64,000 nt of DNA from Leptonemataceae bacterium (GCA_965227295.1 OZ245742.1:1536001-1600000); one strand, 5' to 3'. Positions 29,609 through 39,896 are shown, counted from the stretch's first letter. Translations and numbers: made by a program. Notes: generated by a model from the sequence alone, not told the origin.

Positions 29609-32600
29609 ATGTCGCTCCGAGGAAAGACATCCCTGCATCCGTTTCTCGAAGAACAGCTACGTGAGTTGGTCGGAGACGGCGAATCGCTTCCCGACGAAGT
29701 GCAGGAGCTCCTATCCCGGATCGATGATTATGTCCACCAGCTTGAAGAGAAGAATCGGCGCCTGGAAGCCCCGCTCCCCGAGGACGAAAAGGCCCTCCGG
29801 GAAAAAGAAGAACTCTACCGGGCCCTCGTAGAACACTCCCCGGACGCCATCGCCATCTATCAGGACGGGATCGTTCGTTACGTCAACCCTGCTGCCGCGC
29901 GCATGGCCGGGGTCCCCGCTCCCGCGGACCTGCTCGGCAAGTCCATCTTCGATTTCGTGCACGAAGACGTGCGCCAGACCATCGAAGAAGATATTCGCCG
30001 ATTGAAGCACGATCATCGCATTCCCCTGCACCAGACCAAACTGAAGCGCGCCAACGGCGAGGCCGTGGACGTGGAGCTCACCGCGACGCCGTTTACCTAC
30101 GAAGGCCAGCCGGCCACGCTCGCCATCTGGCGCGACGTAACCGATTACAAATCCGTCCACTCGATGCTGAGTCGCATCGTTACCGGGATTTCGTCGCACA
30201 TCGGCAACGAGTTCTACTCGCACTTCGTGGCGAGCCTCGCGAAGACCCTGGGCGTCGACATTGCCTACGTCGCCGAGATGTCCCCGGACGTCGCCGACGA
30301 GTACCAAACCTGCGCGTTCTTCGCCGACGGGCAGCTCCGCAATAACTTTCATTATCGTCGCTCGGGTACACCGTGCGAAACGGTGGTGGGCCAGCAGACC
30401 CGCACCTTTCCCCAGGGCGTCTACAAAGAGTTTCCGAACGATCGCTTTATTTCCGCGGAGCGCATCGAGGGTTACATCGGCGTGCCGCTCTACGATCGCG
30501 AACGGCGCCCCCTGGGTCTGCTGGCGGTTATGAACCGTACTCCCATCCGCAATCCGGAAATTCTCGAATCGATTATGAAGATTTTCGCCGAGCGTGCGTC
30601 GGCGGAGATGGAACGTGTGCGGGTGCTGCAGCGCTTAATGCAAAATGAGCGTCACTTTAGAAAGTTGATGGATCAGGCGGCGGACGGCATCGTCGTGGCC
30701 GGCCCGGAAGGCGATCTCACCTACGCCAACGAGCGGGCCGTGGAACTCCTGGGCTTCCGGCGCTCCGAAATTCTCGGTCGCAAGTTCCGCGACTTCTTGC
30801 CGGAAGAAGAGGTCCACCTGCTCGCGAAGGACATGAAGCACATTCGCCGGGGTATGGTGCTGAACATCCAGCGTACGCTGATCCGCAAAGACGGCCATGA
30901 GATCAAGGGCGACATCAGCGCCATCGTCATGGACGACGGCTCGATCCAGGTCATCATCCGGGACATGACCGAGCGCTATCGCGTGGAAGAGGAACGCAAG
31001 TCGTACCTCGAAACCATCGCCATGCTGGAAGAGGTGGCCATTGAGCTGGACCGGAACTTCCGCATCGTCCGCGTGAGTGAATCCTGGGAAAAGCTCTTTC
31101 ACGATCAGAGCGGGGAGTCGCCGCTGGGCCGCGCCGTCGAGAACTGGTTTCATCCGGACTACCAGTACTACCTCAAGATGAACCTGGAAAGCGTGCTCGA
31201 GGGCAAGAAGAAGAACGTGGTCGTCCACGTTCCGGTGCCGCTCACGAACGGCACGAACATGTGGCTGGAAGGCAAGTTCATCGGCGTGAAGTTGGGCGGC
31301 GAAGACATTGCCGGTCTGCGCGGCGTCCTGCGCGATGTCACCCTGGATCATCTCACCGACCGCCAGATCACCTTCTACGCCTACTACGACAACCTTACCG
31401 GCCTGCCCAACCGCATCCGCATGGAAGAGAACCTCAACCGTGCGTTGAACCGCGCCGAGCATACGAGCGGGCAGTTGGCCATCGGCTTCATTGACCTCGA
31501 CAACTTCGACGAAATCAACAACTACATGGGGCACCGCGTCGGCGACCTGGTGCTGCTCTACGTCACCGAACGTTTGCGTGACGCCCTGGGTACCGGAGAG
31601 AATCTGTATCGTTGGGGCGGCGATAAGTTCGTCGTGCTGTTGACGGACATCCAGGACGTGCAGGCCGTAAGGCAGATCGGGCGCAAGTTAATGGATATCT
31701 GTCGTACGCCGCTGGAGATCGAGTCGGATCTGATCCACATCAGCTACAGCGTCGGTTTCGCCGTGTATCCGGACGACGGCCTCACTTCCGACATCCTTAT
31801 GGGGCAGGCGGACCGTGCACTGGGTTATGCGAAGTCTCAGGGCCGTTTCAATTTTCAACTGTCCGGCGACGTGCCGCGGCGAGGCATCTATCGGGACCAA
31901 ATCTCCATTCGCAATAAGTTAGCGATGGCCATCGCCCGCAGGGAGATCAAGGCCTACTTCCAGCCCAAGGTTACGGCCAAAGACCACCGCATCATCGGTT
32001 GCGAGGCCCTGGCCCGCTGGCTCGACGAACACGGCAAGCCCTACATCTCGCCGGCCATGTTTATTCCCGTGGCGGAAAACCTGGGGCTCATTTCCGACCT
32101 GGGCGAACAGATCCTCGAGCAATCCCTGGATCTGCTGTCCCGGATCCGGGCGGATTCCGGCCGCAAGATCCAGCTGTCCGTGAATGTTTCGCGGCGGCAA
32201 CTGTTCGATCCGTTCTTCGTGGACCGTGTCTGCCGCACCATCGAGAAGTATCGCATGGAGCCGGGCGACATTACCCTGGAGATCACCGAGAGCATTGCCA
32301 TGCTGGAGGTGGACTTCGCCATTGAGCGGTTGCAGAAACTGCACGAGGTCGGCTTCGCCCTGTCCATCGACGATTTCGGCACCGGCTATTCCACGCTGTC
32401 CCAGTTGCACGAGATGCCCGTGGACGAGCTGAAGGTCGACATGTCCTTCGTCCGCCGCATTGACACCTACGAGGGTCTCCAGGTGGTCCAGGCCATCACG
32501 AACATGGGGCGCGCCCTGAACCTCGACGTCGTGGCCAAGGGCGTGGAAAGCATTGAGACCGCCCGCCGCCTCGAGGACATCGGCATCAACCTGCTCCAGG

Positions 32601-32662
32601 GGAACCTGTTTTCGAAACCGGTCTCCGGCGAAGAATTCACCGCCCTTCTCGACGAAGCCTGA
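29609..32662 (+). CDS. PAS-GAF-PAS-PAS-GGDEF-EAL signalling protein with degenerate catalytic motifs
   Basis: PAS starts (EHSPDAI, DQAADGI), GAF (GTPCE..YIGVPL), DNLTGLPNR, RWGGDKF, CEALARW, DDFGTGYS, VVAKGVES. Confidence 0.9.
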   Translation: MSLRGKTSLHPFLEEQLRELVGDGESLPDEVQELLSRIDDYVHQLEEKNRRLEAPLPEDEKALREKEELYRALVEHSPDAIAIYQDGIVRYVNPAAARMAGVPAPADLLGKSIFDFVHEDVRQTIEEDIRRLKHDHRIPLHQTKLKRANGEAVDVELTATPFTYEGQPATLAIWRDVTDYKSVHSMLSRIVTGISSHIGNEFYSHFVASLAKTLGVDIAYVAEMSPDVADEYQTCAFFADGQLRNNFHYRRSGTPCETVVGQQTRTFPQGVYKEFPNDRFISAERIEGYIGVPLYDRERRPLGLLAVMNRTPIRNPEILESIMKIFAERASAEMERVRVLQRLMQNERHFRKLMDQAADGIVVAGPEGDLTYANERAVELLGFRRSEILGRKFRDFLPEEEVHLLAKDMKHIRRGMVLNIQRTLIRKDGHEIKGDISAIVMDDGSIQVIIRDMTERYRVEEERKSYLETIAMLEEVAIELDRNFRIVRVSESWEKLFHDQSGESPLGRAVENWFHPDYQYYLKMNLESVLEGKKKNVVVHVPVPLTNGTNMWLEGKFIGVKLGGEDIAGLRGVLRDVTLDHLTDRQITFYAYYDNLTGLPNRIRMEENLNRALNRAEHTSGQLAIGFIDLDNFDEINNYMGHRVGDLVLLYVTERLRDALGTGENLYRWGGDKFVVLLTDIQDVQAVRQIGRKLMDICRTPLEIESDLIHISYSVGFAVYPDDGLTSDILMGQADRALGYAKSQGRFNFQLSGDVPRRGIYRDQISIRNKLAMAIARREIKAYFQPKVTAKDHRIIGCEALARWLDEHGKPYISPAMFIPVAENLGLISDLGEQILEQSLDLLSRIRADSGRKIQLSVNVSRRQLFDPFFVDRVCRTIEKYRMEPGDITLEITESIAMLEVDFAIERLQKLHEVGFALSIDDFGTGYSTLSQLHEMPVDELKVDMSFVRRIDTYEGLQVVQAITNMGRALNLDVVAKGVESIETARRLEDIGINLLQGNLFSKPVSGEEFTALLDEA

Positions 32663-32985
32663 CGTTTTTTCCGCCAAATTTCGCTCCCAACGCGTTCTCT
32701 CGCACGTTTTTTGCCTGAGGTAAGCAGGTCGCGGGGGATTTCCCCAAAACCAGAGCGCAAGTTGCAGGTTGTGCCACGAAAGCGTACATGACTGCCTTAA
32801 AAGCGGGCAGAGCGATTTGTGCAAAGCGTTACTCCTCTGGAAAAAACGCTTAAGATACTGGCAATTTGTGTTCGATAGGACAAGATAATAGTGCATCGCA
32901 CCAAAAAAGAGTGGGCGGATACAATACTGTATTGTTTCCTGGCCCGAGAGTCTGTTCATCGGAAAGCCTCAGCAGGAGGTCGAAT

Positions 32986-33345
32986 ATGAAAGTCGAGAGA
33001 TCCCGACCCAGAATTGCACCGAAAGATTTTGCCGATTATTCCGTACAGGTCACTTTAGAGGACCGCTATTTCACCGGAACCATGGGCAACATCTCGGAAG
33101 AAGGCATGTGTGTGCTGATTCCGGGCAATGTTGTCGTCAGTGATTCCGGCGGTATCGTCAAGGGCACAATCCAGAGCCGCCAGCTCGCGAGTTCCATCGG
33201 CTTCAACGGCTCCGTGGCCTGGGCCTCGGACGCGGCCGTGGCGAATCGCCCTCATACCCTGGTGGGCGTGAAGTTCGATCGTTCGGTAGAGCTGCCGGTA
33301 TCGTTAATTGCTCTTGGCATGTCAGCCATGCATTCCGACGATTGA
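32986..33345 (+). CDS. PilZ domain protein
   Basis: RSRPR (RxxxR) and NISEEG ((D/N)xSxxG), VAW, VGVKF; AGGAGGT RBS before ATG 32986. Confidence 0.8.
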   Translation: MKVERSRPRIAPKDFADYSVQVTLEDRYFTGTMGNISEEGMCVLIPGNVVVSDSGGIVKGTIQSRQLASSIGFNGSVAWASDAAVANRPHTLVGVKFDRSVELPVSLIALGMSAMHSDD

Positions 33346-33348
33346 CGT

Positions 33349-33999
33349 GTGGCCGTAGAAAAAGAAGACCTTCAGGATCTTCGCAAAGATTATCGTAAGC
33401 ACCAGTTGACCGAAGAGGAAGCGGGCGGCGACCCGTTGGCCCTCTTCGGTCTGTGGTTTGAGGACGCCCTTTCGGCGGACCCCATTCACGCGAACGCGTT
33501 TGTCCTCGCCACCGCCGACGGGGACGGCCGGCCATCGGCCCGCGTGCTGTTGCTGAAAGGCTTTGATCCCGCGGGTTTCGTCTTCTACACGAACTATGAC
33601 AGCCGAAAAGGTTCGGAGCTCGCCGCGAACCCCTTCGCCGCCATGGTCTTCTGGTGGGAAAAACTGGAGCGCCAGGTGCGCATTGAGGGCCGGGTGGACC
33701 GCGTCGCCCGTTCCGAGTCGCTGGAGTATTTTCAATCTCGTCCGCGGGAATCCCGCATCGGCGCCCATGCCTCCCGGCAGAGTTCCGTAATTCCCGATCG
33801 ACGAATGTTAGAAGACCGCGTGCGCGAGTTGAACGAACTATATCCCGGCGAAGACGTGCCGTTGCCCGAGACCTGGGGCGGTTACCGCCTCGTTCCGGAC
33901 GCGATGGAATTCTGGCAGGGCCGTGCGAATCGTTTGCACGATCGGTTGCGATTTACGAAAGACGGCGACGCCTGGAAACGGTTGCGACTTTCGCCGTAG
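33349..33999 (+). CDS. pdxH: Pyridoxamine 5'-phosphate oxidase
   Basis: PSARVLLLK, FYTNYDSRKG, RQVRIEG, YFQSRP, EFWQGRANRLHDR. Confidence 0.95.
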   Translation: MAVEKEDLQDLRKDYRKHQLTEEEAGGDPLALFGLWFEDALSADPIHANAFVLATADGDGRPSARVLLLKGFDPAGFVFYTNYDSRKGSELAANPFAAMVFWWEKLERQVRIEGRVDRVARSESLEYFQSRPRESRIGAHASRQSSVIPDRRMLEDRVRELNELYPGEDVPLPETWGGYRLVPDAMEFWQGRANRLHDRLRFTKDGDAWKRLRLSP

Positions 34000-34009
34000 C
34001 GCGTTTCGA

Positions 34010-34324
34010 TTAGTCCCGGCTCAGGCTGTCTGCCATCGTCCGACTGATCTGTTCCATGAGTTGCTTGCGGTTCGCGCCGGTCAGGGGCGGTATCAGGCGT
34101 TGATTGACGATATGGGCAAAGCCGTGCACGAGAGACCAGGCCGCAATCACTGAAAAATCCGGTACGCCGTCCGTGAATTCCCCGCTTTCATAGCCGGTAT
34201 GAATGCAATCGGCCAGTTCCCGATAAGCCGCGTTCGCCGCCTGAAGTAATTCGGGATGATCGGGCAGTTTTTCGACCGGCAGGGCAAACATCAACCGATA
34301 GAGTTCCAGGTTGTCCGTGGCCTT
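34010..34324 (-). pseudogene. 3' half of a TetR-family regulator (WHG-type C-terminal domain), HTH missing
   Basis: Frame reads ATDNLELYRLMF...AAWSLVHGFA; upstream of ~34325 the frame loses TetR character and reaches a stop with no HTH. Confidence 0.7.
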
Positions 34325-34647
34325 GCATTCAACTGGGCGACCTGCGAGAGAACCAGGTTCACTTTCAACTGGACTCGAGCATGGGATACGGTTCCGGATA
34401 TAGTGATCGCGAGTACCGGAGTACCGTGATTGATTTTAAGGCCGATGTGAGCAGCTTTGCGCCTTTCGACCACTATCGATTGACGCAGAAATATCTCTAT
34501 GAACGCGGTCGTTTACAGGAAACCGTTCTGTTGTACAAACGCGGTGAAAACGGTGAAGAGTTGCCTTTCGCACGAATGGATGAGGACGCGCAGATTTTCG
34601 TTCATCGCGCGCTCAAGACTCATCCCACCGAATGGGCTGCGCAATAA
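34321..34647 (+). pseudogene. Probable 3' fragment of a hypothetical protein
   Basis: Protein-like open frame PCIQLGDLRENQVHF...PFDHYRLTQKYLY...WAAQ* begins at the TetR break point, with no room for a promoter and no evident RBS. Confidence 0.5.
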
Positions 34648-34658
34648 GCCGGTTCTGT

Positions 34659-35270
34659 TTAGTTGCGACAGAACAACAATCGATTTTCCACGGAACAGTC
34701 CCGCGGTTTATCGTTCTTGTTTTGTTCTTCGACGAGGATGCCTTCGCCGGTGTTGCCGTCGCGATCGAAGGTGCCTTTGAGTTCGGTTCCGTCGTTGAAT
34801 CGATACGTGCCGATTCCCTTCATCTTACCTTCCATGAACTCGCCGATGTACTTGTCGCCGTTCGAAAACGTGTAGGTACCGAAGCCGGTGCGCTGATTTT
34901 GTTCGAAGCCGCCGCGATACGTGTCGCCGTTCGCGTACTCGAATATGCCGCTGCCGTGACGCCGGCCGTTTTCGAAGGCGCCGCGATAGACGTCGCCGTT
35001 CTCGTAGACGTAGGTGCCCTTGCCGTTCATGCAGTTCCCTTCCACGCAACCGGTGCGTCCGGGGATCATGCTGAATTCTCGCTCGCCTTCCTTTTCTTCG
35101 GCCACGGTGGATTCCGTTTTCCCGGCGGTCTCGCTTTCGGCGGCAGGTTTCGCTTCTGCCGCGGCGGGTTGCGATTGTTTCTCCTGCTTTTGCTGAGGAG
35201 CGGAGGTGCAGGCGACTGCAGAAATGTAGAGAAGAAAGATTGCGAGTACTGGAAGGCGGCTCATTGGCAT
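34659..35270 (-). CDS. MORN-repeat lipoprotein
   Basis: Signal peptide ending SAVAC; GCVEGNC.NG.G then YENGDVYRGAFENGRRHGSG-type repeats. Confidence 0.88.
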   Translation of the reverse strand: MPMSRLPVLAIFLLYISAVACTSAPQQKQEKQSQPAAAEAKPAAESETAGKTESTVAEEKEGEREFSMIPGRTGCVEGNCMNGKGTYVYENGDVYRGAFENGRRHGSGIFEYANGDTYRGGFEQNQRTGFGTYTFSNGDKYIGEFMEGKMKGIGTYRFNDGTELKGTFDRDGNTGEGILVEEQNKNDKPRDCSVENRLLFCRN

Positions 35271-35938
35271 TTCCCGGGCGTAATTATAGAAGCTTTACTA
35301 CTTACTATATTTTCGACGAATGATCGGCCGGGAATGCCTTCCCGATTGACTCTTTTTTGTAAAGATTGCGTCTTTTGGGACCGGCGAGGGGGATTATGTC
35401 CCCCGATTCGGCGTGGCAGGACTGTGATCTTCGGCTGCAGGCGCGGGCGGCCCGATCCTGCCCGGTAAGATTCTGCGGCGTCCGGGCGGCGTTTTTTCAA
35501 ATATTGAAGCGTCGTTTCGCGAATCGGCAACCCCGGCCGGTAATTCTTTGCAGGGATCTTCTTTCTGTCTCCGAAACCTCCAGCGCCAGTATCGGCCGGA
35601 TCGATGTAAATATGTTTCGCCCTTCCAGGAAGCCCGGTCCCAATGTCTTCGGAAACCCCGCTTCCGGTTCGTTCGCGATGAGCATGCTTACCTCGCGCGC
35701 CATGGGAACGTGAAATGTTCGAATGTCCGCGATTTCCGGGTGCCCGTCAATCTTCACAGTCTTACCGGATTCGTGCGCACAGGGCCGGCTTGCGTTCTCT
35801 AAGTTGCATTGAGTAAATGTTAGAAAAAATGTCCTCGTGCGCCGCCGGTTCCGGAAAATAACTTGAGGCTCTCCCGGGAAGTGGATTAAGCCTGTTCGCA
35901 CTGGTGTTGCCATGGGGCCGCCGGTGCGATCAGTCTGT

Positions 35939-38185
35939 ATGAGTACGCCTTCGGTTGTCGAACAAAAGCGAGATCATTACGTGCATCCCGCAGAGCACGT
36001 GTACGATCTGCTGCAAATCCTGGATTTGCGTTTGCAGATTCTACTGGAAGAGCTCCCCGATGATGAGGGCGATGCGTCGCCCAATGCGAGGGAGGTCTCC
36101 GGTTTATTCATTGCGCCGGCGGAAGTGCGGCGGTTGCTCGGACGCTCCTCGTTTCGTGAAGGCTCCGCGGCGAATGTCGCCGCGGCCCGGCAAACGCTCG
36201 AACAAAAGGAGCGCGAGATCGAGGAACGCCTCGTTGCGTCCCGGGAACTCAATTCGCATTCGGCCCTGGAAATCCTTGCGGGCATTTTCGGTCTTTCTAC
36301 GGAGGACTGTGACGTTGTTCTCACGTGTCTTGCGTACGTCCTCGACGCCCGCTACGAGAAAGTATTTGCTTTCATTAATAATGATTTAACGAAACCTTAT
36401 CCGACACCCTTGCTTGTTGCGACGATCTTCGGCTACGATGGGCAGCGTCGCGATCGCCTGCGTTCTTGTTTGCGTCCCGATGCGCCCCTCCTGCGCCGCA
36501 TGTTGTTGCGCGCGGATCGTAACGGCGCGTACGGCGAAGGCTCACCTTTCGGCCAACGATTGATGCTCGATGAGCGTGTTGCGGATTTCTTGCTCGGCAC
36601 GGCGCGCGTGGACGGTCGTGCGGCGGAGTATCTTACGTTTGCAAACGGTTCTGCCGCGGATTCGCCGGCCCCGCAGCAGTTGCAACGCGAACTGGATTTC
36701 CTCGCGGATTCTTTGCGCGAGTCCGAAAAGGCGGCGGAATCCGTGCGCCTGTGTTCGTTCTTCGGTGCGCCCGGTTCCGGACGGAGCCGCGCGGCGGCCG
36801 CGGTCTGTGAGGCCGTCGGCCTGCCGGCGTTGCAACTGAACATTCGTCGTCTGGTCGCTTCGGGGGAGGACGTTCGTGAAGCCTTGCGCCGTTCTTTCCG
36901 GGACGCATTGTTACTGCAGGCCGGTTTGATTATTCGCGAACCCGAGTTGTTGCGCTCAACGTTCGTCGAAGATCGTTATCTGTTCGAATTCCTGGAAGCC
37001 GAACTGGCCGTGACGCCGGGACTCTTTTTTATCTGCAGCGCCGGGCGTCTTGAGTGGAATCTTCCCGAGCACGTCGTCATCCGCGAAATCGAATTCGGTG
37101 TGCCGGATTTTGCCACGCGGCGCATGATCTGGGAGCAGCAGTTGAACGGCCGGACCGCAAAGGCGGCCGGCGCCCCGGAAGTGTTCGCGTCGCGCTTTCG
37201 TTTGACCGGCGGTCGCATCCGCCGGGCGATTCGAACGGCCGAAGCCTTCGCGCCTTCCGGAGAAAGCGATGTCTCGCAGCTCTCCGGGCTGGATCTTGCT
37301 TTTGAATCTGCGCTCTTTGAAGAATGTCGCAGCGGCAATAGCTTAAAGCTGGCCGAACTGGCGGTACGTCTGCGACCGAAGTTCGGTTGGGAAGACATTG
37401 TACTTCCGGCGGAACAGCGGAACGAGTTGCGGGATATCTGTACTCACGTTCGTTTTCGCGATCAGGTCTACGACAGCTGGGGGTTTGATGAAACTCTCGC
37501 CGCCGGGTCGGGTCTGAACGTGCTATTCTCCGGGCCGCCGGGGACCGGCAAGTCCATGGCCGCCGGCGTCATTGCGAAGGACCTCGGCCTCGAAATCTAT
37601 CGCATCGATCTTTCTTCGATGGTGAGCAAGTACGTCGGCGAGACGGAAAAGAATCTCTCGCGGATTTTCGATGAGGCGGCGAACTCCCAGGCCATTCTCT
37701 TCTTTGATGAAGCGGATGCGTTGTTCGGAAAACGCAGCGAGGTCAAGGACGCGCATGATCGTTACGCGAACATCGAGACCGGTTACCTTCTGCAAAAGAT
37801 GGAGGAGTTCGACGGCGTAACCATTCTCGCTTCGAACCTTTCGGAGAACCTGGACGACGCCTTTCTGCGGCGATTGCATTTTGTCGTGGACTTTCCCATG
37901 CCGGACGCGGCGGAGCGCGAACATATCTGGAAGCTGGCCTTTCCGGAGAACGCGCCCTTCCTCGAAGAGCCGGACTACGCCGATCTGTCCCGGCGTCTTA
38001 AGATCTCCGGGGCAAACATTAAGAATATTGCTCTGCACGCCGCGTTTTTCGCGGCCTCGGAGGGCCGCGGCATTCTCATGCGCGACGTAATTCAGGCCGC
38101 GCGCCGGGAGTATCGCAAAGAAGGCCGCCCGTTTTCCGGCGCCGAGGCCGGCAACTATCTCAGCCAGGAGGCTGCATCCAGATGA
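35939..38185 (+). CDS. eCIS AAA+ ATPase (Afp15/Pvc15-like)
   Basis: Degenerate first module GAPGSGRS; intact second module GPPGTGKS, SKYVGETEKNL, FFDEADALFGKRSEVKDAHDRYANIE, DDAFLRR. Confidence 0.9.
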   Translation: MSTPSVVEQKRDHYVHPAEHVYDLLQILDLRLQILLEELPDDEGDASPNAREVSGLFIAPAEVRRLLGRSSFREGSAANVAAARQTLEQKEREIEERLVASRELNSHSALEILAGIFGLSTEDCDVVLTCLAYVLDARYEKVFAFINNDLTKPYPTPLLVATIFGYDGQRRDRLRSCLRPDAPLLRRMLLRADRNGAYGEGSPFGQRLMLDERVADFLLGTARVDGRAAEYLTFANGSAADSPAPQQLQRELDFLADSLRESEKAAESVRLCSFFGAPGSGRSRAAAAVCEAVGLPALQLNIRRLVASGEDVREALRRSFRDALLLQAGLIIREPELLRSTFVEDRYLFEFLEAELAVTPGLFFICSAGRLEWNLPEHVVIREIEFGVPDFATRRMIWEQQLNGRTAKAAGAPEVFASRFRLTGGRIRRAIRTAEAFAPSGESDVSQLSGLDLAFESALFEECRSGNSLKLAELAVRLRPKFGWEDIVLPAEQRNELRDICTHVRFRDQVYDSWGFDETLAAGSGLNVLFSGPPGTGKSMAAGVIAKDLGLEIYRIDLSSMVSKYVGETEKNLSRIFDEAANSQAILFFDEADALFGKRSEVKDAHDRYANIETGYLLQKMEEFDGVTILASNLSENLDDAFLRRLHFVVDFPMPDAAEREHIWKLAFPENAPFLEEPDYADLSRRLKISGANIKNIALHAAFFAASEGRGILMRDVIQAARREYRKEGRPFSGAEAGNYLSQEAASR

Positions 38186-38757
38186 CTCTTACCCCCACGT
38201 ATACCGTGATCCGGGACGTCAGCGAGACGTTGCGCAAGCTTGTGCAGGGCAACGTCTCCGAACTTTCGGACATTACCCGGATCGTTTTCGATTCGCCGGC
38301 GGAGATTACCGCCGCGGCCACGCCGAAGCTGTCGCTCTTTCTGTACAAGGTGCGCTACAACAAATATTTGCGCACGAGCCCGCCGGTGCGTACGGGCCAC
38401 GATTCGCAACAGGCCGCTCCGCTGCAGTTGGATCTGATGTATCTCTTCTCTGCACATTCCACGAACATTGAAACGGAAATGATCATTATCGAGAAGATCC
38501 TCGCGTTGTTCTACGACAACCCGGTGCTGCGGGAGCCGGATCTGGAAGGTCAGCTTACGGATAACGGCAACGACGCGCTGCGCATCGTGCCCGATGATCT
38601 TTCCGTGGACGAGATTGAAAAGCTGTGGACCGCGTTTCCGAACAAGGCGTATCGCCTGGCTATTCCGTTTATCGTATCGCCCGTTTGTATTCCCTCCGGG
38701 CGCACCAGCACGGTCAAACCGGTCATCGAGCGGCAGCTCGGCATCGCGCAGACGTAA
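38182..38757 (+). CDS. DUF4255/Pvc16-like tail terminator (cap)
   Basis: IRDVSETL..LSLFLY.V..N..LR..P..LDLMYL..LW..Y pattern; coupled to the ATPase. Confidence 0.82.
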   Translation: MTLTPTYTVIRDVSETLRKLVQGNVSELSDITRIVFDSPAEITAAATPKLSLFLYKVRYNKYLRTSPPVRTGHDSQQAAPLQLDLMYLFSAHSTNIETEMIIIEKILALFYDNPVLREPDLEGQLTDNGNDALRIVPDDLSVDEIEKLWTAFPNKAYRLAIPFIVSPVCIPSGRTSTVKPVIERQLGIAQT

Positions 38758-38774
38758 TTACGAGGAGCATTTGG

Positions 38775-39896
38775 ATGAGTATCAACGTAGCAAACGTATC
38801 TCTGAAAGTATCCATGGCCCTCGCGCCCGAGGACGAGGTGACGGCAAAGTTCCCCGCGCGGAGTTTGTATCTATACTTAACCGACTCGAACGGCAACGTA
38901 CTGCGGCATACGCCGGTCTTTCGTAAAGACGGTTATGTCCTCTTCACGGACCTCGCCGACGCGACGTACGGCATTAACGTCGACTCAAAGTACTACGGTC
39001 TCTTCGAAACACTAACGATCGACACATCCGCCGTGGATCCCATCAACGGCGCGACGACGGTTACGCTGGCGCCGCGCCCGCGTTATCCCTTCGCTTCCGA
39101 TGCTACGTTGCTGCGCGGTACGATCAGCGATTCGTACGGTCATCCCGTGCGAAACGCCCGCGTGGAAATCGAGGGCGGCGGTTTCGACGGAACGTTCGGT
39201 TATACGGACGCGGCCGGTGAGGTCGTGCTGTACTTCGATTCTTCGCCGCCTTCCTCGGTGGACCTGCGCATTTCGAAGGCGGGTTACGTTGATGAAACTC
39301 CGAACATCGCCGTCACTGAAAGTACGAGCACGAGCTTCGGTGATACGCTTACGAACGTCGGCGGCGCCAGTACTTCGGTGCTGATCGGTTATGTTCGTGA
39401 TGCGGACGGCGTGAATGTGACGCGGGCGACCGTGGAAGCGGTGGAGTGGTCGGAGAGTGTAGAGACCGACGCGTACGGTCGGTATCATCTTACGAACGAT
39501 CTTGCCGGTGCCTCGGAGAGCGTGGACCTGAAAGTCACGCATCCCGGAATCGATACGAAGACGGTCACGGTTACCGCAGAACAGGATACGACGACGAGTA
39601 CGAACATCGACGTCGTGCGAGCGGCGGACACGGACGACGTGGCGATCCTGGAGGTCGGCGTCATCGATTCCTCCGCGGCGGTGGACGACGTACTCCTGCA
39701 CATTCTGGAACGAGACGTAGCCGCATTTACCGCGGGCGGGGGCCTTGCACGTTTTTACTTTAGCGCGGCGGACAGTGCAAAGCCTGAAACGGTTTCGCTT
39801 TTTATCAACAAATCAGGGTATTTCGAGAGTATTCAATCCGTAAAGTTGCAGCGCGGCAATACGACGCAGGTTAAAGTGCGTATGCGCGAAAGCTAA
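38775..39896 (+). CDS. Carboxypeptidase-regulatory-like (beta-sandwich) repeat protein
   Basis: Repeated LRGTISDSYGHPVRNARV..TDAAG / LIGYVRDADGVNVTRATV..TDAYG and ISKAGY/INKSGY; L.P.P.YPF..ATLLRG motif. Confidence 0.7.
   Translation: MSINVANVSLKVSMALAPEDEVTAKFPARSLYLYLTDSNGNVLRHTPVFRKDGYVLFTDLADATYGINVDSKYYGLFETLTIDTSAVDPINGATTVTLAPRPRYPFASDATLLRGTISDSYGHPVRNARVEIEGGGFDGTFGYTDAAGEVVLYFDSSPPSSVDLRISKAGYVDETPNIAVTESTSTSFGDTLTNVGGASTSVLIGYVRDADGVNVTRATVEAVEWSESVETDAYGRYHLTNDLAGASESVDLKVTHPGIDTKTVTVTAEQDTTTSTNIDVVRAADTDDVAILEVGVIDSSAAVDDVLLHILERDVAAFTAGGGLARFYFSAADSAKPETVSLFINKSGYFESIQSVKLQRGNTTQVKVRMRES

Noticed and set aside
32663-32985. c-di-GMP riboswitch or sigma-54 promoter upstream of the PilZ gene
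   Set aside because: Small hairpins and GAAA/GCAAAG words occur but not in the class I arrangement, and the TGGCA sites lack correct -24/-12 spacing. An Infernal search would settle it.
23554-33999. A vitamin B6 regulon (MocR, oxidase-like gene, pdxH)
   Set aside because: The MocR/flavin-protein pair is a common divergent unit, pdxH is 7.5 kb away behind unrelated genes, and no shared operator was seen.
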